From Thermoproteota archaeon (lineage in GTDB: Archaea > Korarchaeota > Korarchaeia > Korarchaeales > Korarchaeaceae), in NCBI GenBank assembly GCA_026986575.1, contig JALSOH010000006.1:416001-480000 (forward strand): DNA of 64,000 nt, in the 5' to 3' direction. Every line of letters begins with the position of its first letter. Position 1 is the first letter of the stretch. Shown piece after piece: positions 49,822-59,503 of this stretch. Made by a program: the position numbers and the translations under genes. The notes under the pieces are model-generated. The model was not told the origin of the DNA. It did no database searches and saw nothing but the letters and a program-made list of their open reading frames with translations.

Positions 49822-50281
49822 TCAGGTGCTCTGGGATCATCACGACGCCACCTCCCTCGCCCTTCCCCTCAGGAGGGTCGACGAGAGGACCTTAGTCGAC
49901 GCCTCTGGCGACAAGGTCGTTCTGAGGGAAGGGGTCAGGGACTTCCTGGAGAGGGCCAAGGATAAGGGGATTTACTTATCCACCTGCAGCTGGAACGAGC
50001 CGGATAAGGCAATAGCTGTCCTGAGGACCTTTCAACTTGATCGATACTTCGACCTGCTGATGATAGAGCCCCACCCAGAGAAGGATCGAATGATGGAGAA
50101 GATACTGAATCACTTCACCCCCAAGGGAGTGAAGGAGGAAGAGACGGTATTCGTGGATGATAAGGAGGAGATGCTAGAGAGGGTCAGGAGGAGGTACCCG
50201 AAGATCAGGACCCTCAGGTTTCATCCCGATGGGGATGTGCACAGCTTCCCTGACTTGAAGAGGATAATACTGGGTGAATGA
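49784..50281 (+). CDS. Magnesium-dependent phosphatase-1 (HAD IIIC)
   Basis: DLDQVLW, SWN, EPHPEK, FVDD. Confidence 0.88.
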   Translation: MPNRVKLIVLDLDQVLWDHHDATSLALPLRRVDERTLVDASGDKVVLREGVRDFLERAKDKGIYLSTCSWNEPDKAIAVLRTFQLDRYFDLLMIEPHPEKDRMMEKILNHFTPKGVKEEETVFVDDKEEMLERVRRRYPKIRTLRFHPDGDVHSFPDLKRIILGE

Positions 50282-51407
50282 CATGATTCCCGGCTTCAGG
50301 ATAACGCCATGGGAGGTAAGTGGAGATACGGTAGATTACAACTCGCTGATCTCCCTCTTCGAGCTGGATGTCGTGACGACTGAGGTTAGGAACCTCTTCC
50401 AAGAGGTCTTCGGGGAGGAACACTACCTCATCTCTAGGGGCATATTCTACGCCCATCGCTTCCTTAGGCTCGCTCTTCTGGACCTCAAGTACAACAGAGC
50501 CAAGGTCTACATCTTCACAGGCCGTGGTGCATCGGGCCCGATGCACATAGGCCACCTCATACCAGTGAACCTCGCGAAATGGATGCAGGAGAGGCTAGGT
50601 CTCCACTTCTTCTTCCAGATATCTGACGACGAGAAGTTCGTCCTGAGGCCCGATCTGGGATTGAAACAGGTGAGGAAGTACGCCTTGGGCAACGCTTTGG
50701 ACTTCGTAGCGCTGGGATTCGATGAGAAGAGGACCCACATAATCTGGGACACGCAGGTAGCTTCATGGCTCTATCCTCTCACACTCAAGCTGGCCAAGAG
50801 GATATCTCTGTCCGAGCTAAAGAACTTGGTAAAGATAGACGACTCTTGGAACGTGGGAGTGGCCTTCTACTCCGTAGTGCAGTCGATGCCCGCCCTCATG
50901 ATGGAGATGGAATTGAACGAACCTTACCGCGCCCTTGTACCCATGGCAGTGGATCAGGACCCGCTCATGAGGGTTTCCGTACTCATAGCGGATAAGATGG
51001 GGCTCAGGAAGCCCGGAATGATCCACAGCAAGTTCCTCCTTGGACTTAAGGGAGAGCCCAAGATGGGGACCAGGTATCCCGAGTCAGCCATCTTCCTCAC
51101 CGATCCGCCCGAGGTGGTGAGGGAAAAGATAGAGGGATCCGCCTGTGGTCCTCCGAGGAGGTGCCCAGCCCTGTCCTACCTGAGGGCCTTCGATCCGGAT
51201 GATGAGTCCTTCTTCTCCATATGGGAGGTCTGCTTCAACGATCCGGAGGAGGGATGTAAGCTGGCGAAGAAGAGGGCTATAGAGGTGCTGGTCCCCTTCA
51301 TCGAGGAGCATCAGATGAGGAGGAAGGAGATGAGGGATAAAGTCGACGAGTATCTCATGAAGGAACCTCCCATCCCCTTGGATAAGTCGTTGGATCCGAG
51401 GGACTGA
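50274..51407 (+). CDS. Second, divergent tryptophan--tRNA ligase paralog
   Basis: TPWEV, FTGRGAS, MHIGH, QISDDEK, VDQDP; KMGTR replaces KMSAS. Confidence 0.85.
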   Translation: MNDMIPGFRITPWEVSGDTVDYNSLISLFELDVVTTEVRNLFQEVFGEEHYLISRGIFYAHRFLRLALLDLKYNRAKVYIFTGRGASGPMHIGHLIPVNLAKWMQERLGLHFFFQISDDEKFVLRPDLGLKQVRKYALGNALDFVALGFDEKRTHIIWDTQVASWLYPLTLKLAKRISLSELKNLVKIDDSWNVGVAFYSVVQSMPALMMEMELNEPYRALVPMAVDQDPLMRVSVLIADKMGLRKPGMIHSKFLLGLKGEPKMGTRYPESAIFLTDPPEVVREKIEGSACGPPRRCPALSYLRAFDPDDESFFSIWEVCFNDPEEGCKLAKKRAIEVLVPFIEEHQMRRKEMRDKVDEYLMKEPPIPLDKSLDPRD

Positions 51408-51454
51408 CCGGATAAGGTTAAAGCTCACGACCTCTCTCTTTACTGAGGGTTATC

Positions 51455-52177
51455 ATGAGCGTCGAGATCGTCGAGACCGCGCCGGAGGTAAAGAACCCCA
51501 TTCTCATCTTGGCGGTTCCCGGTGCCGGCCTCGTGAGCATAATAGCGGCCGATCACCTCATCAAGGTCGCTGACCTTAAGGAGGTCGGCAGGATAGATTC
51601 TCCCCTGTTTCCTCCTGTCATAGGCGTGAAGGACGGCGTCGCCATGCACACCGTCAAGATCTACGGGGGAAAGGGGCTGTATGTGGTCAAGGCCGAAGTA
51701 CCCCTCCCCATAGACCCCCTCCTGAAGCTTACAATATCTGTACTGGACTGGATCGCCAGGAAGAGACCCAAGCTAGCGATAGTAATGGGAGGAGTCCCCG
51801 AGGAGGATAGAATAAAGGTGGAGAAGCCTCAGGTAATGGCCGTATTCAGCAGCGAGGAGGCCAAGTCCTTGGCGGAGGGCATGGGTGGTGAGCTGATGAA
51901 GGAGGGGTACTTGAGTGGATACGCGGCCTTCTTCCTCAGGGAAGCTAGCAGGAGGGGAGTTCCGGCTGCGGCCCTCATGGTGCAGAGCTTCGCCGCCTAT
52001 CCAGATCCCGGAGCAGCTGCAGAGGTCCTCAAGGCCATAGAGCCTATCTTGGGCTTCGATGTCGATATAAGCCAGCTGGAAGCCGAATCAGAGACGATAA
52101 GGCTCAAACTGAAGGAACTGATGGCCAAGACCGTCCAGACGGCGAAGGAGGCCCCGGCTCCCATGTATATAGGTTGA
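51455..52177 (+). CDS. PAC2-family proteasome assembly chaperone
   Basis: PGAGLVS.IA, YPDPGAAA, C-terminal MYIG. Confidence 0.88.
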   Translation: MSVEIVETAPEVKNPILILAVPGAGLVSIIAADHLIKVADLKEVGRIDSPLFPPVIGVKDGVAMHTVKIYGGKGLYVVKAEVPLPIDPLLKLTISVLDWIARKRPKLAIVMGGVPEEDRIKVEKPQVMAVFSSEEAKSLAEGMGGELMKEGYLSGYAAFFLREASRRGVPAAALMVQSFAAYPDPGAAAEVLKAIEPILGFDVDISQLEAESETIRLKLKELMAKTVQTAKEAPAPMYIG

Positions 52178-52190
52178 GGGGGGATGCCGT

Positions 52191-52526
52191 ATGGATTGGT
52201 TCTACAGGGAGGTCAGGTGGGGATACTTCTCTGTTAGGGATGTGGAGGAGCCCCTCCACGAGGTCAAGGTTACTAAGGAGGGCGTAGTCATAACAATGGA
52301 CCTTCCCGGGGTGAGGAAGGAGGAGCTCGTCATAAGAGCAAGCGAGGATGCCATTCTGGTGGAGGCCACGTCGAAGGTCGGGGGAGCGACCGTGAGGTAC
52401 AGGAAGCTGATTAGGACCCCGATACCCATAGATCCTGACAGGGTGGTGGCGAGGCTGACCAACGGGATACTCCAGATAGTCGCTCCACCAAAGGAGGTCG
52501 GCTTCAGGAGGGTGAAGGTGGAGTAG
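52191..52526 (+). CDS. Small heat-shock protein (Hsp20 family)
   Basis: MDLPGV.KE, A.L.NGIL. Confidence 0.88.
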   Translation: MDWFYREVRWGYFSVRDVEEPLHEVKVTKEGVVITMDLPGVRKEELVIRASEDAILVEATSKVGGATVRYRKLIRTPIPIDPDRVVARLTNGILQIVAPPKEVGFRRVKVE

Positions 52527-54335
52527 ATGAGGGACATGTTATTCATTGAGGTGGCGAAGTACTACGAGAGGATAGAAGCCACATCCGGCAGGCTAGAGAT
52601 GATAGACTACCTCAAGAAGCTCTTCTTGGAGACTCCTCCGGAGATACTGGATAAAGTGGTCTACCTCACGCTTGGAAGCATAGCTCCCGCCTACGAGGGA
52701 GTCGAGCTCGGGGTAGGGGAGAAGCTCCTCCTCAAGTCCCTCTCGATGGCCACGGGCATATCTCAGAACAAGCTAGAGGCCAAGTATCCAGAGCTGGGTG
52801 ATATAGGGAAGCTGGCCGAGTGGGCCGTGGAGAACAAGGTGGCCCAGTCCTTCTTCACCGAGGACCTCACCGTGAACAGGGTCTTCGACACCCTAAGGAG
52901 GGTAGCAGAGATCGCAGGTGAGAAGGCCCAAGATGCCAAGATAAGGTTGCTAGCCGGACTGTTCAGCGATGCCAAGCCCCTAGAGGCCAGATACATAGCT
53001 AGAGTGGTGACGGAGAGGCTGAGGCTTGGAGTGAGGGACATGACAGTCTTGGACGCCCTAGCGGAAGCCTTCCTCAAGGGGAGGGCCTTCAGGGACAAGT
53101 TAGAGAGGAAGTACAACATCTTCCCCGACATTGGTAGGATAGCGAAGATAGTGGCGGCTAGGGGCTTTGAGGGATTGGAGGAGATCAAACTCACCTTGGG
53201 AATACCTGTCAGGCCCATGTTAGCCCAGAGGCTCAGGTCCGCCCAAGAGATAATGGATAAGATAGGGCCGAGGGTGTACGCGGAATTCAAGTATGATGGG
53301 GAGAGGATGCAGATCCACGTCTGGAAGGATGGAAAGGTCCAGATATTCTCCAGAAGGCTGGAGAACATTACTGAACCTTATCCGGACGTGAGAGAGTTTG
53401 TATCCAAGGCCGTGGAGGGTCACGATGTCGTGCTAGACAGCGAGACCGTGGCAGTGAACCCTGACACTGGAGAGATTCTCCCATTCCAGGAGCTGATGCA
53501 CAGGAGGAGGAAGTACGGCGTGGAGGAGGCGATGAAGACCTATCCAACAGTGACTTACGTGTTCGATGTGCTCTACTTAGACGGTAGAGAGCTTCTAGAC
53601 GAACCGCTCGAGGAGAGGAGGAAGATCCTCCTCAATCTGCTGAAGGAGAACGAGAAAGCAAGGGTAGTCCAGTATGAGGTAGTGGATAACGATGTAGAGG
53701 AGCTGGAGAGGTTCTTCGAGCACGCGGTGGAGATGGGCACCGAAGGGCTAGTGGTGAAGGATCCCAAGTCCCAGTACCAAGCAGGGACTAGAGGATGGTC
53801 TTGGATCAAGCTCAAGAGGAGCTACATAAGTAAGATGGTGGAGCCGGTAGATCTGGTGGTCGTGGGAGCCTTCTGGGGCAAGGGCAAGAGAGCTGGTACC
53901 TACGGCGCCCTCCTCATGGCCGCGTACTCTCCTGAGGAAGATGTGTTCAAGACAGTGTGCAAGATGGGATCCGGCTTCACCGATGAGGAGCTCGCGGAGC
54001 TGCCTAAACTTCTGGAACCTTACAAGATAGAGCACAGGCACCCGAGCGTATTATCTAATTTAGAGGCAGACGTCTGGTTCGTCCCTCAGAAGGTAGCTCA
54101 GGTGCTGGGAGACGAGATAACGCTCAGTCCCACCCACACCTGCGGCTGGGGTAAGGTGAAGAGGAACGCTGGGCTGGCGATAAGGTTCCCTAGGTTCATG
54201 GGATGGAGGGACGATAAGGGACCTCAGGATGCCACGACGGAGGAGGAGATTATCCAGATGTATAAGATGCAGTTAACAACTGTTACAGATATAGAGGAAC
54301 AGAAGTCTTCTATTTCAGAAAAAGATGAAAGATAA
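52527..54335 (+). CDS. lig: ATP-dependent DNA ligase
   Basis: PMLA, EFKYDGER, FSR, FDVLY, EGLVVK, WIKLK, RFPRF...RDDK. Confidence 0.97.
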   Translation: MRDMLFIEVAKYYERIEATSGRLEMIDYLKKLFLETPPEILDKVVYLTLGSIAPAYEGVELGVGEKLLLKSLSMATGISQNKLEAKYPELGDIGKLAEWAVENKVAQSFFTEDLTVNRVFDTLRRVAEIAGEKAQDAKIRLLAGLFSDAKPLEARYIARVVTERLRLGVRDMTVLDALAEAFLKGRAFRDKLERKYNIFPDIGRIAKIVAARGFEGLEEIKLTLGIPVRPMLAQRLRSAQEIMDKIGPRVYAEFKYDGERMQIHVWKDGKVQIFSRRLENITEPYPDVREFVSKAVEGHDVVLDSETVAVNPDTGEILPFQELMHRRRKYGVEEAMKTYPTVTYVFDVLYLDGRELLDEPLEERRKILLNLLKENEKARVVQYEVVDNDVEELERFFEHAVEMGTEGLVVKDPKSQYQAGTRGWSWIKLKRSYISKMVEPVDLVVVGAFWGKGKRAGTYGALLMAAYSPEEDVFKTVCKMGSGFTDEELAELPKLLEPYKIEHRHPSVLSNLEADVWFVPQKVAQVLGDEITLSPTHTCGWGKVKRNAGLAIRFPRFMGWRDDKGPQDATTEEEIIQMYKMQLTTVTDIEEQKSSISEKDER

Positions 54336-54683
54336 TCATTTTATAAACTTTTTGAATCTAGCAAGCCGCTATAGCTTAGCTTGTTTCTAACTAGTTAGTA
54401 GCAACCACTATAGGAAACCCCACCACTTGCTATTATGCCTTCTCTACTGGAATTATCATAGTTGTTTGGAGATGGGATATGTCCATAAGTTAAGATCGCA
54501 TTCCATTGTGAGGATTGAGGGTAACATAGATTGGAGGGATACTCAAATCTTCTGATAAATTCATCTTGTGAGTCCGTAGATAGTGGGGATAGCATTAGGT
54601 AATGCATTTCTCTGGGGGGTTAATGCCGCCACTCAATTGGGTACTGGCCTAATGAAATATTAGCAATGCAAAGACCATCATTT

Positions 54684-54953
54684 TCAGATATCTCTGTAAG
54701 CCTTCTCCCTCCTCTCCACTAGGAGGACATCTACCCTTCTATCCTCCCAAGAGATCTCGTATATAACTCGAATATCTCCTATCCTAGCTCTGTAGGTATC
54801 AAAATATCCCTTGAGCTTCCTGATATCATAATAATCAGCTGGAATTGGGTTTTCCCTTAGGAGGAGAAAGAGCTCCAACACCCTCCTCCTGTAGAAACAA
54901 GGTAACTTTTTCAGTGATTTCTTGGCCCTCCTCGAAACCACGACCCGAAACAT
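54684..54953 (-). CDS. RelE/ParE family toxin
   Basis: RRAKKSLKKL, KLKG, YRARIGDIRVIY, RREKAY. Confidence 0.9.
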   Translation of the reverse strand: MFRVVVSRRAKKSLKKLPCFYRRRVLELFLLLRENPIPADYYDIRKLKGYFDTYRARIGDIRVIYEISWEDRRVDVLLVERREKAYRDI

Positions 54954-55163
54954 TTAATCCTTCATCTCCTCTAGGAGATCCTCTAGCTCCACGAATGATC
55001 CCTTAGCTATTTCCTCCCTAGCTTCCTCAATCACCCTTTTCTCCTCTTCACTCAGCTCCTCTTTTGGAAGAAGCATTGCCCTTAACCTCAGTAACTCCAA
55101 CCTAACTGAGTCTAGCTTCTTGACTAGGAGCTTTAACTGGTCTTCTGTTATCGTGACGCTCAT
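54954..55163 (-). CDS. Putative cognate antitoxin
   Basis: 69-aa acidic ORF (LSEEEK..IEEAREEI..G..V.LEDL) abutting relE. Confidence 0.8.
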   Translation of the reverse strand: MSVTITEDQLKLLVKKLDSVRLELLRLRAMLLPKEELSEEEKRVIEEAREEIAKGSFVELEDLLEEMKD

Positions 55164-55215
55164 CCTTCTTCCTCAATATCAGCGCTAACTCAAATTTAAT
55201 TGTAAACTCTCCCAT

Positions 55216-55443
55216 TTAGGTAGTGCCCTAATGAAATGTTAGCATGTTTGGGCTAGCCCAAACCAGCATTGTCATGTTAGGGCAGTTGCCCTAACTACCG
55301 GATGGAGCACGTATATGCTCAGTTTGGGTATTTACCCATAAAAGTTTATATTATAGTTTGGGCATGCCCAAATTAGCATTTTCTTGCCATATGAAAACAA
55401 TTTGATACTGTGGGCCTATCTTCCATTAAGGCACTGCCTTAAT
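55216..55443. repeat. Cluster of six related short palindromes, with a seventh at 54636-54653
   Basis: TTAGGTAGTGCCCTAA, GTTTGGGCTAGCCCAAAC, GTTAGGGCAGTTGCCCTAAC, TGGGTATTTACCCA, TTTGGGCATGCCCAAA, ATTAAGGCACTGCCTTAAT. Confidence 0.75.
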
Positions 55444-55475
55444 AAAACTTGAACAATGCAAAGATCATCAATTTT

Positions 55476-55700
55476 TCAGATGCCTCGGTAAGCCTTCTCT
55501 CTAGACCCAATGAAGTGAACTACAATCCCCCTTCCAATCTATCGATTATATAACCCTGATCTTCCCCATCTTATCCAGAATGAATCCCTGGTAACCTTTA
55601 AGCCTCCTCAAGTCTAGAGAGTGAGGGATCGAGTTATCCCCTAAGGTCCCCAATATTTCGAGGACCTTTTCCTTGGTCGGGTTTGTCGGCTCCTCAAATG
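55476..55700 (-). pseudogene. Degraded second RelE-like toxin gene
   Basis: KEKVLEILGTLGDNSIP...DLRRLKG...GKIRVI, then stop; an out-of-frame tail HFIGSREKAYRGI parallels ERREKAYRDI of the intact relE. The 5' boundary is approximate. Confidence 0.7.
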
Positions 55701-55763
55701 GTTTAAGAAGCCCCTCAATTACTACAAGGTCCAGCCCCTCCTCTTCTAACCTCTCGAAGTATT

Positions 55764-56099
55764 TCACATTCCCTTGACTAGAGGAAGATTCCGCTCAAGG
55801 GCAGAGGCTCCAACAATCAGATCCCTGAACTCCAATCGAAGTCCTAGCTTACTCAATTTCACGTCCAAGAGTAGGGTCTTCTTGATTATTTCCTGATCGA
55901 GGGGAACGACCTCGTAGAGCGAGTCCAGAACCTCCTTCCACCTTTCCACATCCTTGTCTATGTACGCAAGACCGAACAGGTACTCGTACAGGGTGACCAC
56001 AGGAATGCTCATGTAGTAGGATATGTGTGCGGCCTTCAGCACTCTTTCATCCTTATGCAGCTCTATGAGAGCATCAGTATCTAGTAGGACCTCTTCCAC
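55764..56099 (-). pseudogene. VapC PIN-domain toxin with a frameshift near the C-terminus
   Basis: LLDTD, TLYEY, RDLIVGASAL, LPLV; the expected NVKYFERL continuation lies in another frame at about 55770. Confidence 0.75.
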
Positions 56100-56323
56100 C
56101 AAGTCTCCCTCCCCTCCCGGATTACCTTCCATATCTCCCTTGCTTCATCTTCGGTCAGTATCGTTGATCTCAGAATCCTCTCTATCAGATTCCTCTTTCT
56201 CTCTTCTATCAGGAGATTTATCAATTCATCGTAAGAATCCACCCCTAATTCCTCTTTTAGCCTCCTGAGCCTATCTATCGTCTTCCGAGATAATGTGAGG
56301 GTAGTTCTTCCTGATGAACTCAT
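56081..56323 (-). CDS. VapB-type antitoxin
   Basis: TTLTLSRKT..RL..LK...SYDELI..L, ending REGRETW; overlaps vapC. Start taken at ATG 56323. Confidence 0.8.
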   Translation of the reverse strand: MSSSGRTTLTLSRKTIDRLRRLKEELGVDSYDELINLLIEERKRNLIERILRSTILTEDEAREIWKVIREGRETWWKRSY

Positions 56324-56644
56324 CACGCATAATGAATACATGGCGAATGTATACGTGCCAAGTGGTGGACTAAGGGCCCTCATCTGGAGGAGCGCCGACA
56401 TGGCAGTTGAAAGGAACGCGATCTACGGATCCACCGTTCTTGGACCCTCTAAAGGAAGATTAGCTACTTCACGGGTAAGGTACGTTATACTGCTATGCTC
56501 CAAGAAAATCTTCACAGCGACTAATGGCTGCCCCTTCCTTCTCAATGACATTCTTCTTTGTATCTCCGATCTTACCTAACGGGATCACATGACAAATTAA
56601 ACCTTCATTAAAACATTTATGTGGCTCTCCGTCACATATACCCT

Positions 56645-57382
56645 ATGAAATACACTGCCTCTACCTTCTATTACCACGTTAAGGGATTGAGCGAGTATTT
56701 CGACCTGTTCATAGAGAAGCTCTTCAATCAACTTGCGCTAAATGGAACGGCCATAACCGATAAGTCAACTGAAGGTGAATTGGTTAGAGTTTCCGTGAAA
56801 TACAAGGATGAGAAGGGCAAGCTAGCTGCATCCCCCGTGGGAGACGACATAAAGATACTTTACGAGGTGGAGAGCGGCGGTATACTGAGGAAGGGAGTGT
56901 TCGGCGCTCTGATGGGCGGAGGCTTGGCCAGCTTGGCCAGTAGCCTCCTCGCTGGGGATGTGGACAGCATCAAGAGCGCCTTAGCTGGGGCGGTCGTGGG
57001 AGGAGCTTATGGGATGTTAGACGGCTTCAACACCGCTATGAATGAAGCCACTGACTTCTCACGTCTTCTCGCAGAATGTATCAGAAATGTGGAGCTTGAA
57101 CTCCTCGAGATGAGGAGGCAGGAGGAGGTGGAGGTTGAGTCCCTAGAGGACGAACTTGAGAATGTGTATGCAGACACTGTATCCGTGGGCGATGAGATCC
57201 TCCTGTTGGAGGCGGAGGGAAAGGACGTCTCCAAAGCCAAGGCGAGGTATGAGATCGCCCTGAAGAACTTGGAGGAGGCCAGAGAATCCTTGAAGAAGAG
57301 AGACATCTTGATCGCTAGGGCAAAGATCCGATCAGCCTCCAGAATGGTCGAATTGGCAAGAGAGGAGCTCCAGAAGCTTTAA
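56645..57382 (+). CDS. Hypothetical protein with glycine-zipper hairpin and C-terminal coiled coil
   Basis: GALMGGGLAS...GAVVGGAYG; charged heptad-rich tail. Confidence 0.65.
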   Translation: MKYTASTFYYHVKGLSEYFDLFIEKLFNQLALNGTAITDKSTEGELVRVSVKYKDEKGKLAASPVGDDIKILYEVESGGILRKGVFGALMGGGLASLASSLLAGDVDSIKSALAGAVVGGAYGMLDGFNTAMNEATDFSRLLAECIRNVELELLEMRRQEEVEVESLEDELENVYADTVSVGDEILLLEAEGKDVSKAKARYEIALKNLEEARESLKKRDILIARAKIRSASRMVELAREELQKL

Positions 57383-57440
57383 TAAGCGCGCAATACATCC
57401 TTCCCCCTCAGCTTATCTCTCCCTACCGTGGTTAGCAGCG

Positions 57441-57686
57441 ATGGCCATACGAATGGATGATGTGATCTCGCTCTTGGGTCCCTTCGGTGAGGTCCTCCGG
57501 GTGAAGGAGTCCGACGCCTTCCTACCAGGGACTGGCCCTTCAGATTGCTTAGAGGTCCTGATAAGGCTGAATAGGGGGATCGAGATCTCTAGACTACTAT
57601 CCACGCTGGAATCCGTGGGATACTCGATCGGGCTAGTCAAGCTCAGGGGAAGGAGGCTGAAGTTCGTCCTCTTTGAGAGCAGCTGA
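57441..57686 (+). CDS. Hypothetical protein
   Basis: 81-aa ORF with host-like codon usage. Confidence 0.5.
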   Translation: MAIRMDDVISLLGPFGEVLRVKESDAFLPGTGPSDCLEVLIRLNRGIEISRLLSTLESVGYSIGLVKLRGRRLKFVLFESS

Positions 57687-57752
57687 TATGATCCGGATCT
57701 CAAACGAAGGGTACGTTAAAATCACTGACCCTCATCGAGGCGCGGTGACAGG

Positions 57753-59081
57753 ATGAGGGCAGTTGTCATAGGTGGCGGTCCCGCTGGCATGGCTGCGGCC
57801 AGTAGGATCAGGAAGCACAGGCCTGATAGCGAGATAATAGTCATAGAGAAGACCAAGTACGTGAGCTTCGCTCTCTGCGGTATACCTTATTACGTCGGTG
57901 GGGTCATAAAGTCGCTAGACGATCTCATGTACTACCCTCCGAGCTTCTTCGTCGAGAAGAGGAGGATCAATCTGGAATTGGAGGCCGTTGCCGAGAGGAT
58001 CCTCCCGGCTGAGAGGAAGGTGGTTTACAGGAAGGGGGATGAAGTGAGGGAACTGGAATACGATGTCCTGATCGTCGCCACGGGTGCCAGATCCAAGTCG
58101 CCCCCCATACCGGGTCTAGACAACGAAGGTGTTCTCTCAGCCCATCACTTGGATGAGGGGGAGGAGATAAGGAGGAGGGTCCTCAAGTCGAGGAGAGTGG
58201 CTATTATAGGGGCCGGGCTAAACGGCATGGAGTTCGCGGAGAACATAGCGAGGCTGGGAAAGGAGGTTCACGTCTTCGAGTACTTCGGATGGCCCCTGCC
58301 AAAGGGACTGGATGAGGACATGGGGGAGGTAATGAAGGAGCTTCTCTCCTCAATCGAAGTCAAATTCCATTTCGGAACTCCAGTGAGGGAGGTGAGGCGG
58401 TCAGGAGAGGCCCTGAGGGTTGAGGCTGGAGACTCCTCCATGGATGTCGATTTGGTGCTCGTCTTCGCTGGCGTTGAGCCTAACGTCGAACTACTCAAGG
58501 AGGCGGGAGCGGAAGTGGGTGAGACCGGGGCCATCAAGGTGGACTCCAAGATGAAGACCAACTTGCAGGATGTCTATGCCGCTGGCGATAACGTAGAAGC
58601 AATAAACAGGGTGACAGGGAGGCCCGACTGGATGCCTTTCGCCCAGATAGCCAACAAGATGGGGCTGGTTGCTGGCTCCAACGCTGCTGGGAAGGATACC
58701 GAGTTCCCAGGAGCGGTGAGAACTTGGACGGCTGAGGTATTTGGGATAGAGGTGGCTGGCACGGGCCTCACCGAGAGGGAGGCTAGGGAGAAGGGCTTCG
58801 ATGTGAAGGGGGTGGTGATAAAGGGTAGGAACAAGGCCCATTACATGCCGGGATCCGGCTACCTTTGGGTGAAGCTCGTGGTTAGCGAGGATGGTATAGT
58901 GATGGGCGTCCAAGCCATAGGTAAAGGAGCGTTGGCTAGGGTGAACGTAGCTGCCACTCTCCTCCCGTATAAGCCCAAGAGCAGGGACCTCATATTTGCT
59001 GATGTGGGTTACGCTCCACCGCTCGCTCCAGTGTGGGACCCGATTGTCGTGGCTGGGAGAAAAATAGATCCTGTGTTGTGA
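57753..59081 (+). CDS. CoA-disulfide reductase / NAD(P)H:sulfur oxidoreductase family flavoprotein
   Basis: GGGPAG, SFALCGIPY, ATG, GAGLNG.E, YAAGD, YAPP.APVWDP. Confidence 0.9.
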   Translation: MRAVVIGGGPAGMAAASRIRKHRPDSEIIVIEKTKYVSFALCGIPYYVGGVIKSLDDLMYYPPSFFVEKRRINLELEAVAERILPAERKVVYRKGDEVRELEYDVLIVATGARSKSPPIPGLDNEGVLSAHHLDEGEEIRRRVLKSRRVAIIGAGLNGMEFAENIARLGKEVHVFEYFGWPLPKGLDEDMGEVMKELLSSIEVKFHFGTPVREVRRSGEALRVEAGDSSMDVDLVLVFAGVEPNVELLKEAGAEVGETGAIKVDSKMKTNLQDVYAAGDNVEAINRVTGRPDWMPFAQIANKMGLVAGSNAAGKDTEFPGAVRTWTAEVFGIEVAGTGLTEREAREKGFDVKGVVIKGRNKAHYMPGSGYLWVKLVVSEDGIVMGVQAIGKGALARVNVAATLLPYKPKSRDLIFADVGYAPPLAPVWDPIVVAGRKIDPVL

Positions 59082-59459
59082 TCAGACCAGCCCCTCCTCG
59101 CCCGATTTTTCACCTCTGGGAGGCCTATAAGTCCCAGAGAGGTAGGCGTCGAGTATCTCCCTGACCGTCCTGCCCGTGGCGAACACGGCCCTTATCCCCC
59201 AAGAGGTGAGGCTCCTGAGCACGTCCTCCGGGAGGGATATGGAGATGAGGACCGTCACCCCCATGTGCTTGAGCCATGACGCCAAGCTGGGCCCCCTGTA
59301 AGTGAGGAGTCCCGAGGCGGGATTCCTTATCACCTCGACTTTCTTTATCTCGGAATCCTCCACCGTCACTATCGTGAAGAATGGGGCGTAAGAGGGCTGT
59401 CCAAAGGCTATGGCGTTTAATCCCTCAGGACCCTTCGCGGGAACCGCTATCTTCTCCAA
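59082..59459 (-). CDS. NifB/NifX-family Fe-Mo cluster-binding-like protein
   Basis: KIAVP, APFFTIV, NP, G..L...GV. Confidence 0.8.
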   Translation of the reverse strand: MEKIAVPAKGPEGLNAIAFGQPSYAPFFTIVTVEDSEIKKVEVIRNPASGLLTYRGPSLASWLKHMGVTVLISISLPEDVLRSLTSWGIRAVFATGRTVREILDAYLSGTYRPPRGEKSGEEGLV

Positions 59460-59503
59460 CCCCTCACCCGCCTATACTGCCGATCCCAAAATATAAGGGG
59501 GTA

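Noticed and set aside
54395-54607. 70-aa minus-strand ORF in the AT-rich island
   Set aside because: No recognisable motif; possibly a foreign gene fragment, but unsupported.
55276-55295. Integron att site (GTTAGGGC...GCCCTAAC resembles integron core sequences)
   Set aside because: No IntI-like recombinase in the window and no attC-length hairpin with correctly ordered boxes. Kept only as part of the palindrome family.
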